NCBI GenBank assembly: GCA_002269645.1
Contig: NIVC01000628.1
Location: 386,814-450,813, forward strand
Reading direction: 5' to 3'
DNA length: 64,000 nt
DNA from: Macrostomum lignano
Lineage: Eukaryota
Part shown: piece by piece, positions 34,480 to 53,204 of the stretch
Layout of the letters: each line of letters starts with the position of its first letter
Position numbering within the stretch: position 1 is the first letter of the stretch
The notes under the pieces: model-generated
What the model saw: the letters and a program-made list of their open reading frames with translations, nothing else
What the model was told of the DNA's origin: nothing
The model's database searches: none
Made by a program: the position numbers and the translations under genes

Positions 34480-35260
34480 ACAAAAGTTTCTAAGCTGAGA
34501 TTATCATTTTTCATACAAATGCTTAAGCCATCTGAAATTTAATAAATACAACTACAAATTCATTTAAAAACAGCATTTACAGAATTAAAATTGGTTAAAT
34601 AAACCTTCTTTAGTTATATTAATACTTTGCAAATTGGGTAGACAATTCAAAGAATATATTTGGTATATAACTTGTATACCTTTATGACTTAAAGACTGAT
34701 TATAATACAAAAGTTAAAATATTAAATCAACTTTTAGACTTTGTCATGATTTTGTTCATTAAAACTTTGCTTTTATTTTTTTGTTTAGAATTTATTGTCA
34801 ATAGTTTATATATAATAATCAATTTTTATCAATTTTACTTTTAACTCAAGACGATTTCATTCCTATATTTAGTTCTCTAAATAGTATCTACATGTTTTGG
34901 TGCCTGTGCTTTTTGGTACCTGACATTTTGGTATCTTAGTTAGTTTTTTGGTGCCTAAAACTAAATTGAAAATTAGAATTAGATACCAATGGCTTGGAGT
35001 GTGCACTACTGCACCGTGTGTTAACTTGTTTTGATTGAAAACTACGTACAATAATTTATATTGTTTATTCAACTTATCATAGGTATATTTATTCAACTGC
35101 TTATTAGAATTTTCAATTTCACTACTGCCCTGACGATGACCTACAAGGGTCGAAATGCATTGGCAATTGAATTAAAGTAAATAAAAACAAGTTAATGTTT
35201 GTTCTCTCGTTCATTTTATTCCTATTTATTAAGCGAGCTACTCTACCAGAATTAAATGCA
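34480..35260 (+). mobile_element. Penelope-like element remnant
   Basis: Degenerate FFIQMLKPS(L)N at ~34500-34550 resembles the GIY-YIG C-terminal ES..I..LKPSLN motif. A PLE-type minimal hammerhead and an AATAAA-containing segment follow. Confidence 0.5.
35126..35165 (+). ncRNA. Minimal type I hammerhead ribozyme
   Basis: TGCC (stem I) - CTGACGA (35130-35136) - T - GACC/TACAAG/GGTC (stem II) - GAAA (35152-35155) - palindromic stem III A-TGCA-T - H17=T (35161) - GGCA (stem I'). Confidence 0.82.
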
Positions 35261-36167
35261 AAATACTAAATAGAAAGTATGTTTTTATTTAAAAATAAAT
35301 TCTCTACATTATTTTTTTAGATAATTAAGGAATTTATTTTGTTAAGCAAAATGTGCTTTTAATTTTGGAAAGTATTTTGTTTTATAGAAAAAAACTAAAG
35401 ATGATTTAAAAATCAATATTAAAATAGATTTGTTATATGATAATAATTTTAATTTGAACTATATAACGTTGTTGATACATTTAATTTTTATCCAAAAAAC
35501 CTAAGCATGCATACTTTATATATGCATACCCATATATGCCCAGCACCCATCCAACCCATACATGCGCAACTGCTGGCCGACCTGGCCGATCCGGCCACCG
35601 TAAATCGTGGCTGACCAGGGGTAAGTTGCAAAATTGAGTCAACCAAAAACAGAAAAACACAAGAACCAAGAAAGGCAAGAGGAAAGCGAAAGAAAGAGCA
35701 GTTCAGGGAAAATGGTGAAGCAAAAGAAAAACAATTCGCAAAAAAAGCAAACTAAGTTGTAAAAATAATCAGGTAAGTCGCAAAAAGGATCAGGTAAGTC
35801 GCAAAAGAAGCAAACTAAGTCGCAAAGAAGCAAACTAAGTCCCAAAAAGGATCAGGTAAGTCGCAAAAGGATTAGGTAAGTCGCAAAAGGATTAGGTAAG
35901 TCGCAAAAGGGTTAGGTAAGTCGCAAAAGGGTTAGGTAAGTTGCAAAAAGGATTAGGTAAGTTGCAAAAAGGATTAGGTAAGTCGCAAAAAGAAGCAACT
36001 AAGTCGCAATAAGAGGGAAGTAAGTCACAATCAGAGGCAATCAGGGGGTAGTAGGTGCAAGTGTGGCAGGAGAGCAAAAACAGAATAGAAGCCTTCAACA
36101 ACAGACAAGATCTTTGAAATCAGAAGCCCGCGTCAACAGTTTCCCATTGATTTCTTAAACTCTGGAG

Positions 36168-36420
36168 CAGGGGTTGGCAAACTCCGGCTCGCGAAGCCCC
36201 TCTATCTGGCCCTCGCCCCTCGGGTTCTTTGAAACTTCCTAACTTCCTAGCAAGGTTGGTGTCTCTTCAACTCTCATCTCTCTTTTTCTCTACCTTGCCT
36301 TCCCTCTTCTCTTTCTCCCCCCTTTTCCCTCTTCTCTCTCCTCTCATTTTTACTCTCCTCTCTTCTCCCCCTTTCTCTCTACCCTTTCTCCTCAATGCCC
36401 TCTTCTCTCCTCTTATCTTC
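36168..36420. mobile_element. Left end of the CT-rich hAT MITE family
   Basis: CAGGGGTTGGCAAACTCCGGCTCGC... preceded by CTCTGGAG; homologous to the 12822 end. The right end was not located. Confidence 0.7.
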
Positions 36421-36432
36421 AGCAAAAATATG

Positions 36433-36708
36433 CATACATGCGCAACAGTCGGCCGAGTCGGCCGATCCGGCCGACCGATTTGGCGGCCAACCAAGGAAGT
36501 CGCAAAAATGCCCACCCGAAAAACACACACCGAAGTAGTAGTACTAAGTAGCTGACGAGGCATTTTGGCTTTAAAGGATAGTCATAGTTACTCCTGCCGT
36601 TTACCCAAAGTTGCGTTAATTTTTCTTCACGGTTTCTTACATCTAAGTCGCATTTTTGTTAAAACTTAGTCGCACGGCCGACCGAATTTTGGAGGTTGCG
36701 CATGTATG
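36433..36708. mobile_element. 276-bp hAT MITE of the same family as 35557-40723
   Basis: Same TIR CATACATGCGCAAC and a perfect 8-bp TSD AAAATATG on both sides. Confidence 0.92.
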
Positions 36709-37031
36709 AAAATATGTGCATATTTTCTTACTTCAAAGTAGAGGGAATAGAAGATTAGAGATAAGCAAACAGAGGAGAGGCGAGCGATGCGATGGGAGAA
36801 AAGATAGAAAAGGAGAGAAAAGCTGAGGGAGGAAAAAGAGATGAGAGAGAAGAGGAGATTAGAGGAAAGAGGAAAGAAAAGATGATGGATGAGATCAGAA
36901 GAGAGGAAAGAGGAAAGAGGAGAGAGTAGATGAGAGAAGAGAGGATAAAGAGGAGATGAGAGGAGAGTGAAGAGAGGAGAGATGAGAGAGTAGAAAAGAG
37001 AGGAGAGATAAGATGAGAGAGTAGAGTGGAG

Positions 37032-39946
37032 CCCAGTGAAAAATGATTCATGGATTCCACGTGGGTTCCACGTGGCCATGTGGAATTTAAATGTTTCTTT
37101 AATTTTTGCAAATTAATGACTTAAAGATGACATAATGGTATGCAAAGTATTTTTTATGCACTATTTTTTTAATTTTTACTGTCCTAATGTTGATGTGGAT
37201 TTTACAAGGAATTCATGAGAAATAAGCGTATATTGATTCAACATGGAATCCACTTCGATAAAAAAACTGTGATACACCACATTAAGACGTTTTTATGAAA
37301 TTACTATAATTAATTATTATATTTATATGCTTTTAAGTAAAAATTAATATCTTAAAGCTAAATTATAATCAGAAAATAAGATACTGTTTGTTAAAATAGA
37401 CAAAATAGAAGTGAACAATAAAAAACGTTTCGTGCTTTTTAAAATTAAATTTATTTTATTTTATATTCGTCAATGTCTTGGTTCAAGGCCTTGAAAGATA
37501 AATTGCCTTGTTTATGGCTATTTAAGCACCTTAAAAATTTTAGTAGACGTAGCCTATAGGCAATAACTTATAAGGCCATGGCCTCCATGGGATTAGAAAT
37601 TAGATAAATCAGTATTTCATCATAGATAGGCCTAATACTTTTGGTAAAATCCATCCATGATAAATTTATTTAGGCTTATCCAATTTCTAGGAATCCCATG
37701 GCCATGTCCATAGATTGGCTACTCATTTTTTAAACTTAAATAGTCCTTTAGAAGTTCATAATTTCCTCTTAGTCCTACCTATTAGTCTTATCTATTTATG
37801 TATGCTTATTAGGCCTATTTTAAGCTAGGCCTAGGCCTATAACTATCAATTTAGGTCCTTCTATTTTAATTAAGGTTAAGACTAGCTTGACTTTGTGAAT
37901 TGTGACTAGTCAATCTAGTTAATCTGTTAAAAATCTATTCATTTATGATTTTCTTCAAAAAAGCCTGTTAGCATCTTTTAGACTTGTTGCATTTTTAAAA
38001 ACAATATTATTAATCATTATAAATAATTCTTTGCAATTACACTTGCAACCTGTTTTTGGCATAGCTAGCCTAGCAGATCCCTAAGGTTGCTATTATAAAT
38101 AAATAATGATTATTGTAAATTTGATCTGATTTAGGCCAAGTCTAGAATTTAATAGCTATAGGGCATAGCTTTTAAGATTAGGCCTAATGTTTAATCATAC
38201 TATTTTTTTTATTAGAGGCAGGGGATTGTGTGCACCCTGGCACACGTTAAGCGACATAGGCATACAACTGGCGAGAGGCATTGCTGCCCATTCCATTAAC
38301 TCCCTTGAGTAGGCACACAAGCGTGCGGATACGTATGCAGGCACATTTACATAGGAGTGTACAGTGGCCCTAACTTTATTTACTGTTAGGCATGTATACT
38401 TCACTGTGCCTTGGGGGTTGGCTCTCAAGGCCATTAATTGCACAAGCAGAGAGCCAAGCCAAGATTCCAATTCAGCCCCAAATTAATGTGACTGCACTTA
38501 GAATCGAGCCTAGGTCGCTGGCACACCAGAGCAGCTGTGCTACCGCTTGGCTACAGCCCCCCTTTTAATCATAATAGGCCCGCAAATATAAAAAAAACAT
38601 GCATTGCTTTGCCTAAATACTTTATAGTCTAAAATCAATTTTAAAATAAAAAATTAAATTTATAGAAACATATATTAATTTTTTATACTTATTATTTTAA
38701 TTTTATTAATTTAATTTTATTGATTGACTTGGGTAGGGTTTTCTTTTTTGCTAGAGACAAGGTGCAAAATCATACCCTATGCTCACTTTTAGGGTTTTAT
38801 GATTTTAAGGCTTAAAATGCAGTTTCTCTTTTTTCTTATATAAAGGCAGTGCAAAAAAGGCTTCAACAGAAAAATAGGTAATGAGATCACACCTAAACTG
38901 TATCATCAACTTTTTAATTTCAATTTTCAAGGTGCAATTTTTAAATTTAGGGTGCATATGCACACTTTGCGCTTAAAAAATAAACCTAGGACTTAGGCCT
39001 AGTTAATTTTAAAATAAACTTTATTTTATTTTATAAGTATTCATCATTAAATTAGTTTTATGAATTATATCAATATTATTTATCAATCTTAATTGGCAAC
39101 AATTATTTTTCTATTTCATTTCAGCCTAACATTACATGACCCATCCTCAAACTTGGATGTCACCTTGGTCTTGCATTTGAAGAAGCTTGCAAAGCTACTT
39201 GGAATTTGAATTTAATATCTCAAATGCTACCTTTTGTGAAGCAATGGTAAGTTTTAGTTATAAACTTATTTTTTTCTGTCATCAAAATCTATCAAAATCT
39301 ATTACAAAATCTGTCATCAATCTGTTATAAAATTCTGTAATTTAACCCCTTTCTTTTCTAAGGTTGCTCACCTGACCTGAAGAAGCAGCATTCTGGCAAT
39401 TGGCAGCAGCATGTTTCTGACTGTTCTAATTCTGATGCATTATATTATTGTTAATTAATGCTATTGACAATGTCAATTTCAAATTATATATTATATCATA
39501 TGCGCAGTGCAACTCTAAAGATATCAATATTTACATCAGTGTGTTTATTCTTTGTGTGCCAGTGACTCACTACTGTACATAAATACACCTTACATCGTTT
39601 TTGAATATTGAATTTTGAATTTTTGTGCAGAAATATTTTTGGCTATAGCTAGTGTTTTATCTGTGTTTCAGTTTCTTTTATATGGTATTGAGATCTGGGG
39701 TTCGTATGAAATTTTGAGATCTGGTATTATTTTGAGATTTAGGATGCAACAATTTATTATGGCAACCAGTATAATGGCTGCTTATTCAATGACAATGTGG
39801 ATTCTATGTGAAATACATAATTACTTCCATATGGATCTTCCATGTGGAATCCATATCTTGATTCCACATGGATGGACGGAGACAAATGCACATATGGATT
39901 TCATATGAAAAATCCACATGGAATCCATATCATTTTTTTCACTGGG
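37032..39946. mobile_element. 2.9-kb CMC/EnSpm-like non-autonomous element
   Basis: TIR CCCAGTGAAAAA..TGAT..GGATTCCA(C/T)GTGG at both ends and a 2-bp TSD AG. It splits a continuous GA-rich tract. Confidence 0.75.
38201..38562 (-). mobile_element. tRNA-derived SINE, family B, copy 1
   Basis: Minus-strand GGGGGCTGTAGCCAAGCGGTAGC...GGCTCGATTC head, A-rich tail, TSD TTTAATCATA. Homologous to 60012-60369. Confidence 0.9.
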
Positions 39947-40904
39947 AGAGAGACGAGAGGGAAGATAAGATGAGAGAGTAGAGTGGAATGGAGAGAGACG
40001 AGAGGAGAGATAAGAATGTAGAGAGGAGACAGAAGAGATAGGAGAGGAGAGGAAAGAGAGGAGAGAGGAGAGGAAAGAGAGAAGGGATAAGGGATGAGAG
40101 AGAAAAGAAAAAGAGGATGAGAAGATTGAGGAATGGAGAGAATTTGCAAAGGCCTCAAATCTTAGTTTAACATGCATTACTCCAATCTTTGCCTTTTTCC
40201 TAACTGTTAACAAGTTTTTGTTTGAGCATGACTTCAAATTTAGAATCTATGCAAAAATAGTTCCGGGAATTAGAATTCAGTGGTTTAAAAATCTGTGGGT
40301 TTTCACAGCTTGTATCTCTACTGGATTCGTATTCTGCATCTGATGAGCCATCTGAATCAGGGCTCTCATCTTCCATGCCAAATCGTCTAGCAAATCGTTC
40401 TTGAGCTATAGGTCACACTGTATTCACTTCACTTACTTCTGGACATTCATGAATCATGACTTTTGTAGTATGCTCACTACACTGTACTCACAATTTACTA
40501 ATTGCTTCATGCCGCCACTAGATGACATACTGATTAGCTGTTATAAAAACGTGGAATTTGCACGCAGCACTAATTAGCTGGCGAGGCATTTAGCTTTAAA
40601 AATATGGTCATAGTTACTCCTGCCGTTTACCTAAAGTTTTTGCTTGGCTCCATAGGTAAGTCGCATTTTTTATCGAAAACTAAGTCGCACGGCCAGCGTA
40701 ATTTCAGAAGTTGCGCATGTATGATCCAACCCATCTGAACCAGACAGGTGAAATGGCCAAGGTAAGTTGCAAAATTGAAAATGGGAAAAATGAAAAATTG
40801 GGGGAAGAAAGAAAGGAGAGGAAGATAAAAGGAAATGAAAGGAAGAAGAGAGAGAGGGAAAGAGGAAAAAAGAGAAAGAGAAGAAAAGAGAACAGAGGAA
40901 CTAA

Positions 40905-41415
40905 GTCGCAATTAGGAGCTAAGTTGCAATTAGGAGGAACTAAGTTGCAATTAAGAGGAACTAAGTCACAATTGAGAGGAACTAAGTTGCAATCAGGAGG
41001 AACTAAGACACAATCAGAAGGAACTAAGCTGCAATCAGGAGAAACTAAGTTGTGATCAGGAGGAACTAAGTTGCAATTGGGGGGAACTAAGTTGCAACCA
41101 GGAGGAACTAAGTCACAATCAGGAAGAACTAAGTTGCAATTAGGAGAAACTAAGTTGCAATTAGGAGAAACTAAGTTGCAATCAGGAGGAACTAAGTCGC
41201 AATTGGGAGGAACTAAGTTGCAATTGGGAGGAACTAAGTCGCAACTGGGAGGAACTAAGTCACAATTGGGAGGAACTAAGTTGCAATCAGGAGGAACTAA
41301 GTCGCAATTGGGAGGAACTAAGTTGCAACCAGGAGGAACTAAGTCACAATCAGGAAGAACTAAGTTGCAATTAGGAGAAACTAAGTTGCAATCAGGAGGA
41401 ACTAAGTCGCAATTG
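40905..41415. repeat. 21-bp tandem array (ACTAAGTTGCAATCAGGAGGA), hAT subterminal-type motif
   Basis: About 24 units. It shares the AAGT(C/T)GCAA core with the 35760-36010 repeats. Confidence 0.92.
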
Positions 41416-41469
41416 GGAGTTTTTTTGGCCTGTCCTCTAGGCGTTGCAGTAGTGTATCTAGGCGTTGTA

Positions 41470-42180
41470 CACATGGAAAATTTTTTGAAGGCATGATATA
41501 TAGAAGGCTCCAATTTGTGTGCAGCACAATGGTGTTAGAAGAAATTGTTTCTTGCCCATGGTTTTAGCAAACTTGTAAGTCCAACTCGATTTCCTGTCAT
41601 CACAGATGCTTTATCTGTTATAATGCCTCATGGTCTTGCAAAACAACTGTCACAATACTAGGAGCGTATCTTAGTAAATAAGTCTTTTAGCATATCATGC
41701 TTTGTCTTGTTTCTGTGACTGACAGTTGCTTAAATCTATAGAAGTACATTATTGGTTTGCTCTTCTCAAGCATCCAGAAATATACCATTAGGTAACTATT
41801 TGTAGCTTTTGTATAACTATATATATTTTTCTTGGAGGACTCTCACTTCTTTGGCCATCAGTATCAGTCTCTGAATCTGAGTCCAAATGAATGGCTGTAT
41901 ATAGTCCTTGGATCTGAACTTCAGTATCAATATCAGTTTATAGGCAAGATTCTATAGCAATAGATTTAGCATGAGCATTGCGCCATTATACAAATGTCTC
42001 AAGACGTCTAGTTTCTTCATTCATTTCAAAAGCAGATTCTCTTTCAGCTAAAATTATTTGAGAAGAGCAATATGCATAGGTTGTTGTATCTGCATCATGA
42101 ATCTCAATTTTTGTATTCTGCATAGCTAGATCTCTATTAGAAGCAACAACTTCTGGATTTTTCACTGCCATTAATAGTCC
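41470..42180 (-). pseudogene. hAT transposase pseudogene fragment (ZNF862/Tip100-like)
   Basis: The minus strand reads GIITDKASVMTGNRVGLTSLLKPW...*HHCAAHKLE, matching TDGASVMxG...HCxAHxL. Multiple stops and frameshifts. Confidence 0.75.
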
Positions 42181-42189
42181 CTTTCTGTG

Positions 42190-42600
42190 GCATTGCCCAA
42201 GGACTTGAGGTTGGGGCATCATTCTCCAATACAACAATGCCCCGGCCTACAAGACTCAACAAGTGGCAGAGTTTCTGGCCAGAGAATGCATTCAAGAGCT
42301 TGGTCATCCACCCTACAGCCCTGACCTGGCCCCCTGCGACTTTTTTGTGTTTCTACAAATCAAGCTCAGGATGCATGGAATCTGTTAACTGATCACTAGA
42401 AGCTACAGTGGAGGCCTTCATCTGCCATGTGGAAGAGGTGCCTGCTTCAGATTGTTCCAGCTACTTCAGCAAGTGGTTTGAGTGCATGAAAATTTGCATC
42501 AAATCTGCTGGAGAGTACTTTGAAAAGATGTAACTGTTGTTTTCTCTCTAACTATTTCTGTCTGGGCACATCTGGAAACTTGTTGCTCAGCCTTCATATA
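42190..42600 (+). mobile_element. mariner transposon 3' remnant
   Basis: IILQYNNAPAYK...HPPYSPDLAPCDFFVF...KWFECMKICIKSAGEYFEKM* (stop 42531-42533), then a TIR-like end ...GCCTTCATA plus TA. Confidence 0.92.
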
Positions 42601-43313
42601 CCTGGTAGTCAAGTGGAGGTCTATCTCTAAGTATATAATGACTCAAAGAATGTACACCTATATTATATATGAGTGCACAAGTGTACATATAGATGTTAGT
42701 TTGCCAGACATATAAAGTACAGAATGTAGAGTGTAGCCTACAGGGTACAGGCTATAGTGCAATTTAGTACTGCAGTTTGCAATGCTGCATAAGTGAATAA
42801 ATGAATGATAAATCAATCGATAAAGAGAGCATGCTTGGGTACAACCTTGGAAATCACCTAGCCATTTTTATTGGCAACACACACACATGAAAGTCACTAT
42901 TGGCTGAGAGCAATCACGTGACTTTATATCTTTATATTTATTGTTTATTTATCATTTATAGTTTATTAATAGCCAAGAATTGATCTAAGGTTTTATTTTA
43001 TGTTTATTTTAATTTGCTAGACCCCTAGTTGAGATTTGATCATAAATTTATATTTAATACATATGTAGCTAACTTGATATATATAATTGGAGGGTGCAGC
43101 CAAAATCATCATATTCAAAATCGTCATATGATGATGACGACTTGAACAAATCTGGAAGACTTAAAAATTTAAATATGATAACTTTGACCAAAGGTGAGGG
43201 TGTATTAATTTAGGATTTTCATGCATATTTTCATATTTCATACTTGCATATTTTCATTTCATGCATGTATATGCATAATCAAGATTATTTTCCCTGGCCT
43301 ATAGAGGCTTGTT

Positions 43314-44222
43314 GGGTCACTTTCACAAGCCCTAAATTTCACAACGTCACAAGACACAAACTTTCATAAGCTTTAAATTTCATAAGCCCTAATTTTCACA
43401 TCGTCGAAAAGTTGTGCACAGTATTTCATAAGCTCTAAATTTCACAAGCTCTAAATTTCACAACGTCGAAAACAAAATTTGCATCAGACTGCATAAACTA
43501 TAAATTTCACAAGCCCTAAATTTCACAAGCCATACTTTTCATAAGACCTAATTTTCACAACGTCAAAAAGTTGTGCACAGAATTTCATAAGCTCTAAATT
43601 TCACAACGCCTAAAAACACTACGGAGATACAATCTTTCACAAGACCTAAATTTCACAACGCCTAAAAACACTATGGCAATACAATCTTTCACAAGCCCTA
43701 AATTTCACAACGCCTAAAAACACTATGGAGATACAATCTTTCACAAGACCTAAATTTTATTACAACACCTAAAAACACTATGCGACATTGATGTGACTTA
43801 TGCAAGTCGTTATAGTTAATTAAGCCAGCAAAGAGAATTTATGTGCTATTTGATGGTACTTTGGGCAACATACATGTACGCTCTACGCTGTAGAGTATAG
43901 CTACCACATGAGCTAATTAACTGTCACTAAAATGGGTTCTTGATTCAGTACTTATGAAAGATTGTATCTCCATAATGTTTTTAGGCTTTGTGAAATTTAG
44001 GTCTTGTGAAAGATTGTATCTCCATAGCGTCTTCAGGCGTTGTGAAATTTAGAGCTTCTGAAAATAGAAGCAAATTTAATTTTCGACATTGTGATATTTA
44101 GGGTTTGTGAAATTTAGGTTTTCTGAAATTTAGAGATAGTGAAATTTAGGGCTTTTGAAATTCTGTGCATGCCTTTTAGGTGTTATGAAATTTAGGGCTT
44201 ATTAGGGTTTGTGAAATGACCC
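43314..44222. mobile_element. MULE-like foldback element with internal AAATTTCACAAGCCCT repeats
   Basis: GGGTCA(C)TTTCACAA/TTGTGAAATGACCC termini, long inverted arms and a 9-bp TSD AGGCTTGTT/TGGCTTGTT. Confidence 0.8.
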
Positions 44223-45784
44223 TGGCTTGTTTAATTTGATTCCTTTATATTTGACTATATGATTTTGATGGCTCATTTGATGGTAGTTTGAATAATCCTT
44301 AAGTTATACACTGTAAATCATTTTAATTTGTTGGAAAACAAGAACATGCTGCTGCCATGAGCTAAGATCCTTGTGCAGCCAATGTAACACAATATGACAA
44401 TTTAGTAAATGCAACATTGTCTAATACTGAGATGATGACAATTCAGATAATTTAGTTGTTTTTCTTATAAGCCGCAGATGACAATCTCGAATATGACGAC
44501 TTTGGCTGGAACCATAATTGGAATTGGCATTTGAGTTGTACAAAGGATGCGATAGAATCTTTTGTGTAGTTCACTTTGAGATGCATATATATATATGAGA
44601 ATGTTTTTGAGTGACATTGAGTATATAGGCCTATAGAAATTTGCATCTATTTTTAATCACCTTTATTCTTTAAAAACAAATAAATATATATAAATAATTA
44701 TAGACAGTGAAATAAATACTCCATGCATACAATACATGTACACATATATTTGGTAGGCCCCCAAAGTAAATTATTACTGAAATGGATATCACCAAAGTGA
44801 CTATCACCAAAGTGACTATCACCAAATTAACTATAATTCCTTTGTCATCAGATTTTGCAAGGCTTGGCTATAGCCTAGTAGGCCTATTCAATTGTTATTG
44901 TTGATCAATTGTTACTTAATAAAATATTCTATAAAATGTAAAATGTAAAATGTAGGATTAAATACATGCTTAGAGATTCAACTTGTCTAATTCTCTAATT
45001 CTAGGCCCGAATCAAGCTTTTGTCTCTCAGAAGTCAGTCCCTTTTAAAGTTCCAACTAATTGTATGGCCTAACTAGTTAGGTGGGTGGCCTAACTAGTTT
45101 ATCAAAATCTATTTTTTGATGCAAATAATCGCATTATAGACATTGCCCCTTTACTGTTACTTAACTTATATATAGCGTATAGGACTAATTTGCATCAAAT
45201 TGCAACTCTGCAACAATATAAGCAGATCAACTTGGCAATTTTTTAAGGTACACTTCGCAAATTATATATACTTGTATATACAGTAAAAGTAAATATTTGT
45301 GCGAAAATTGCAAGAAAATATCTAGGATAGTGTTCCCCTATACTAAAAATCCCACGTGAATTGCAATTCAACCCATTATTCACGGTAATGGTGCATGCAG
45401 CGCAGTATAATATCGACTCGGCGTCGAGGGGAATTTAAAAGCGAAATGTTAACAATTTTTTAAATTAAACGAAAATATATATTAGCGTAAAAACAAAAAC
45501 TTTTGTTTACATTACAGGCAACGCATTTGTTTGAGATAAAAAATGCAATAAATTTTCAAGTATAAAAAGTTTAATAAATTATACGATTTAGGGAGTTCCG
45601 ATTTTGTATTAAAAATACTTTTTAAAATAATGTTTTCTAGGAACACAAGTAACAACAAGAACTAATTATCGTGAGATACATTGCTACTATTATCGGGTTT
45701 ACAACTAAAAGCCTTCACTAGATAAGTCTATTAGGATTACATTTGAATCTACATATTAATAAACACCCTTAAATTGGCTTTGCT

Positions 45785-53204
<7,420 letters not shown>

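Larger units (their letters stand above)
35557..40723. mobile_element. 5.2-kb hAT-family element with nested insertions
   Basis: 14-bp TIR CATACATGCGCAAC/GTTGCGCATGTATG and a perfect 8-bp TSD ATCCAACC (35549-35556; 40724-40731). Subterminal TAAGTCGCAA repeats at 35760-36010. Confidence 0.88.

Noticed and set aside
39125-39430. Plus-strand exon-like segments with good AG/GT signals
   Set aside because: Stops in all frames and located inside the CMC-like element; at most non-coding TE exons.
40340-40375. CTGATGAG-stem motif here, and similar ones at ~27521 and ~56948
   Set aside because: No GAAA core or stems I/III follow; not hammerheads.
40704-41513. 269-aa Cys/Pro-rich ORF (CNLVPPD repeats) and its complementary ORFs
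   Set aside because: 21-bp transposon subterminal tandem repeat.
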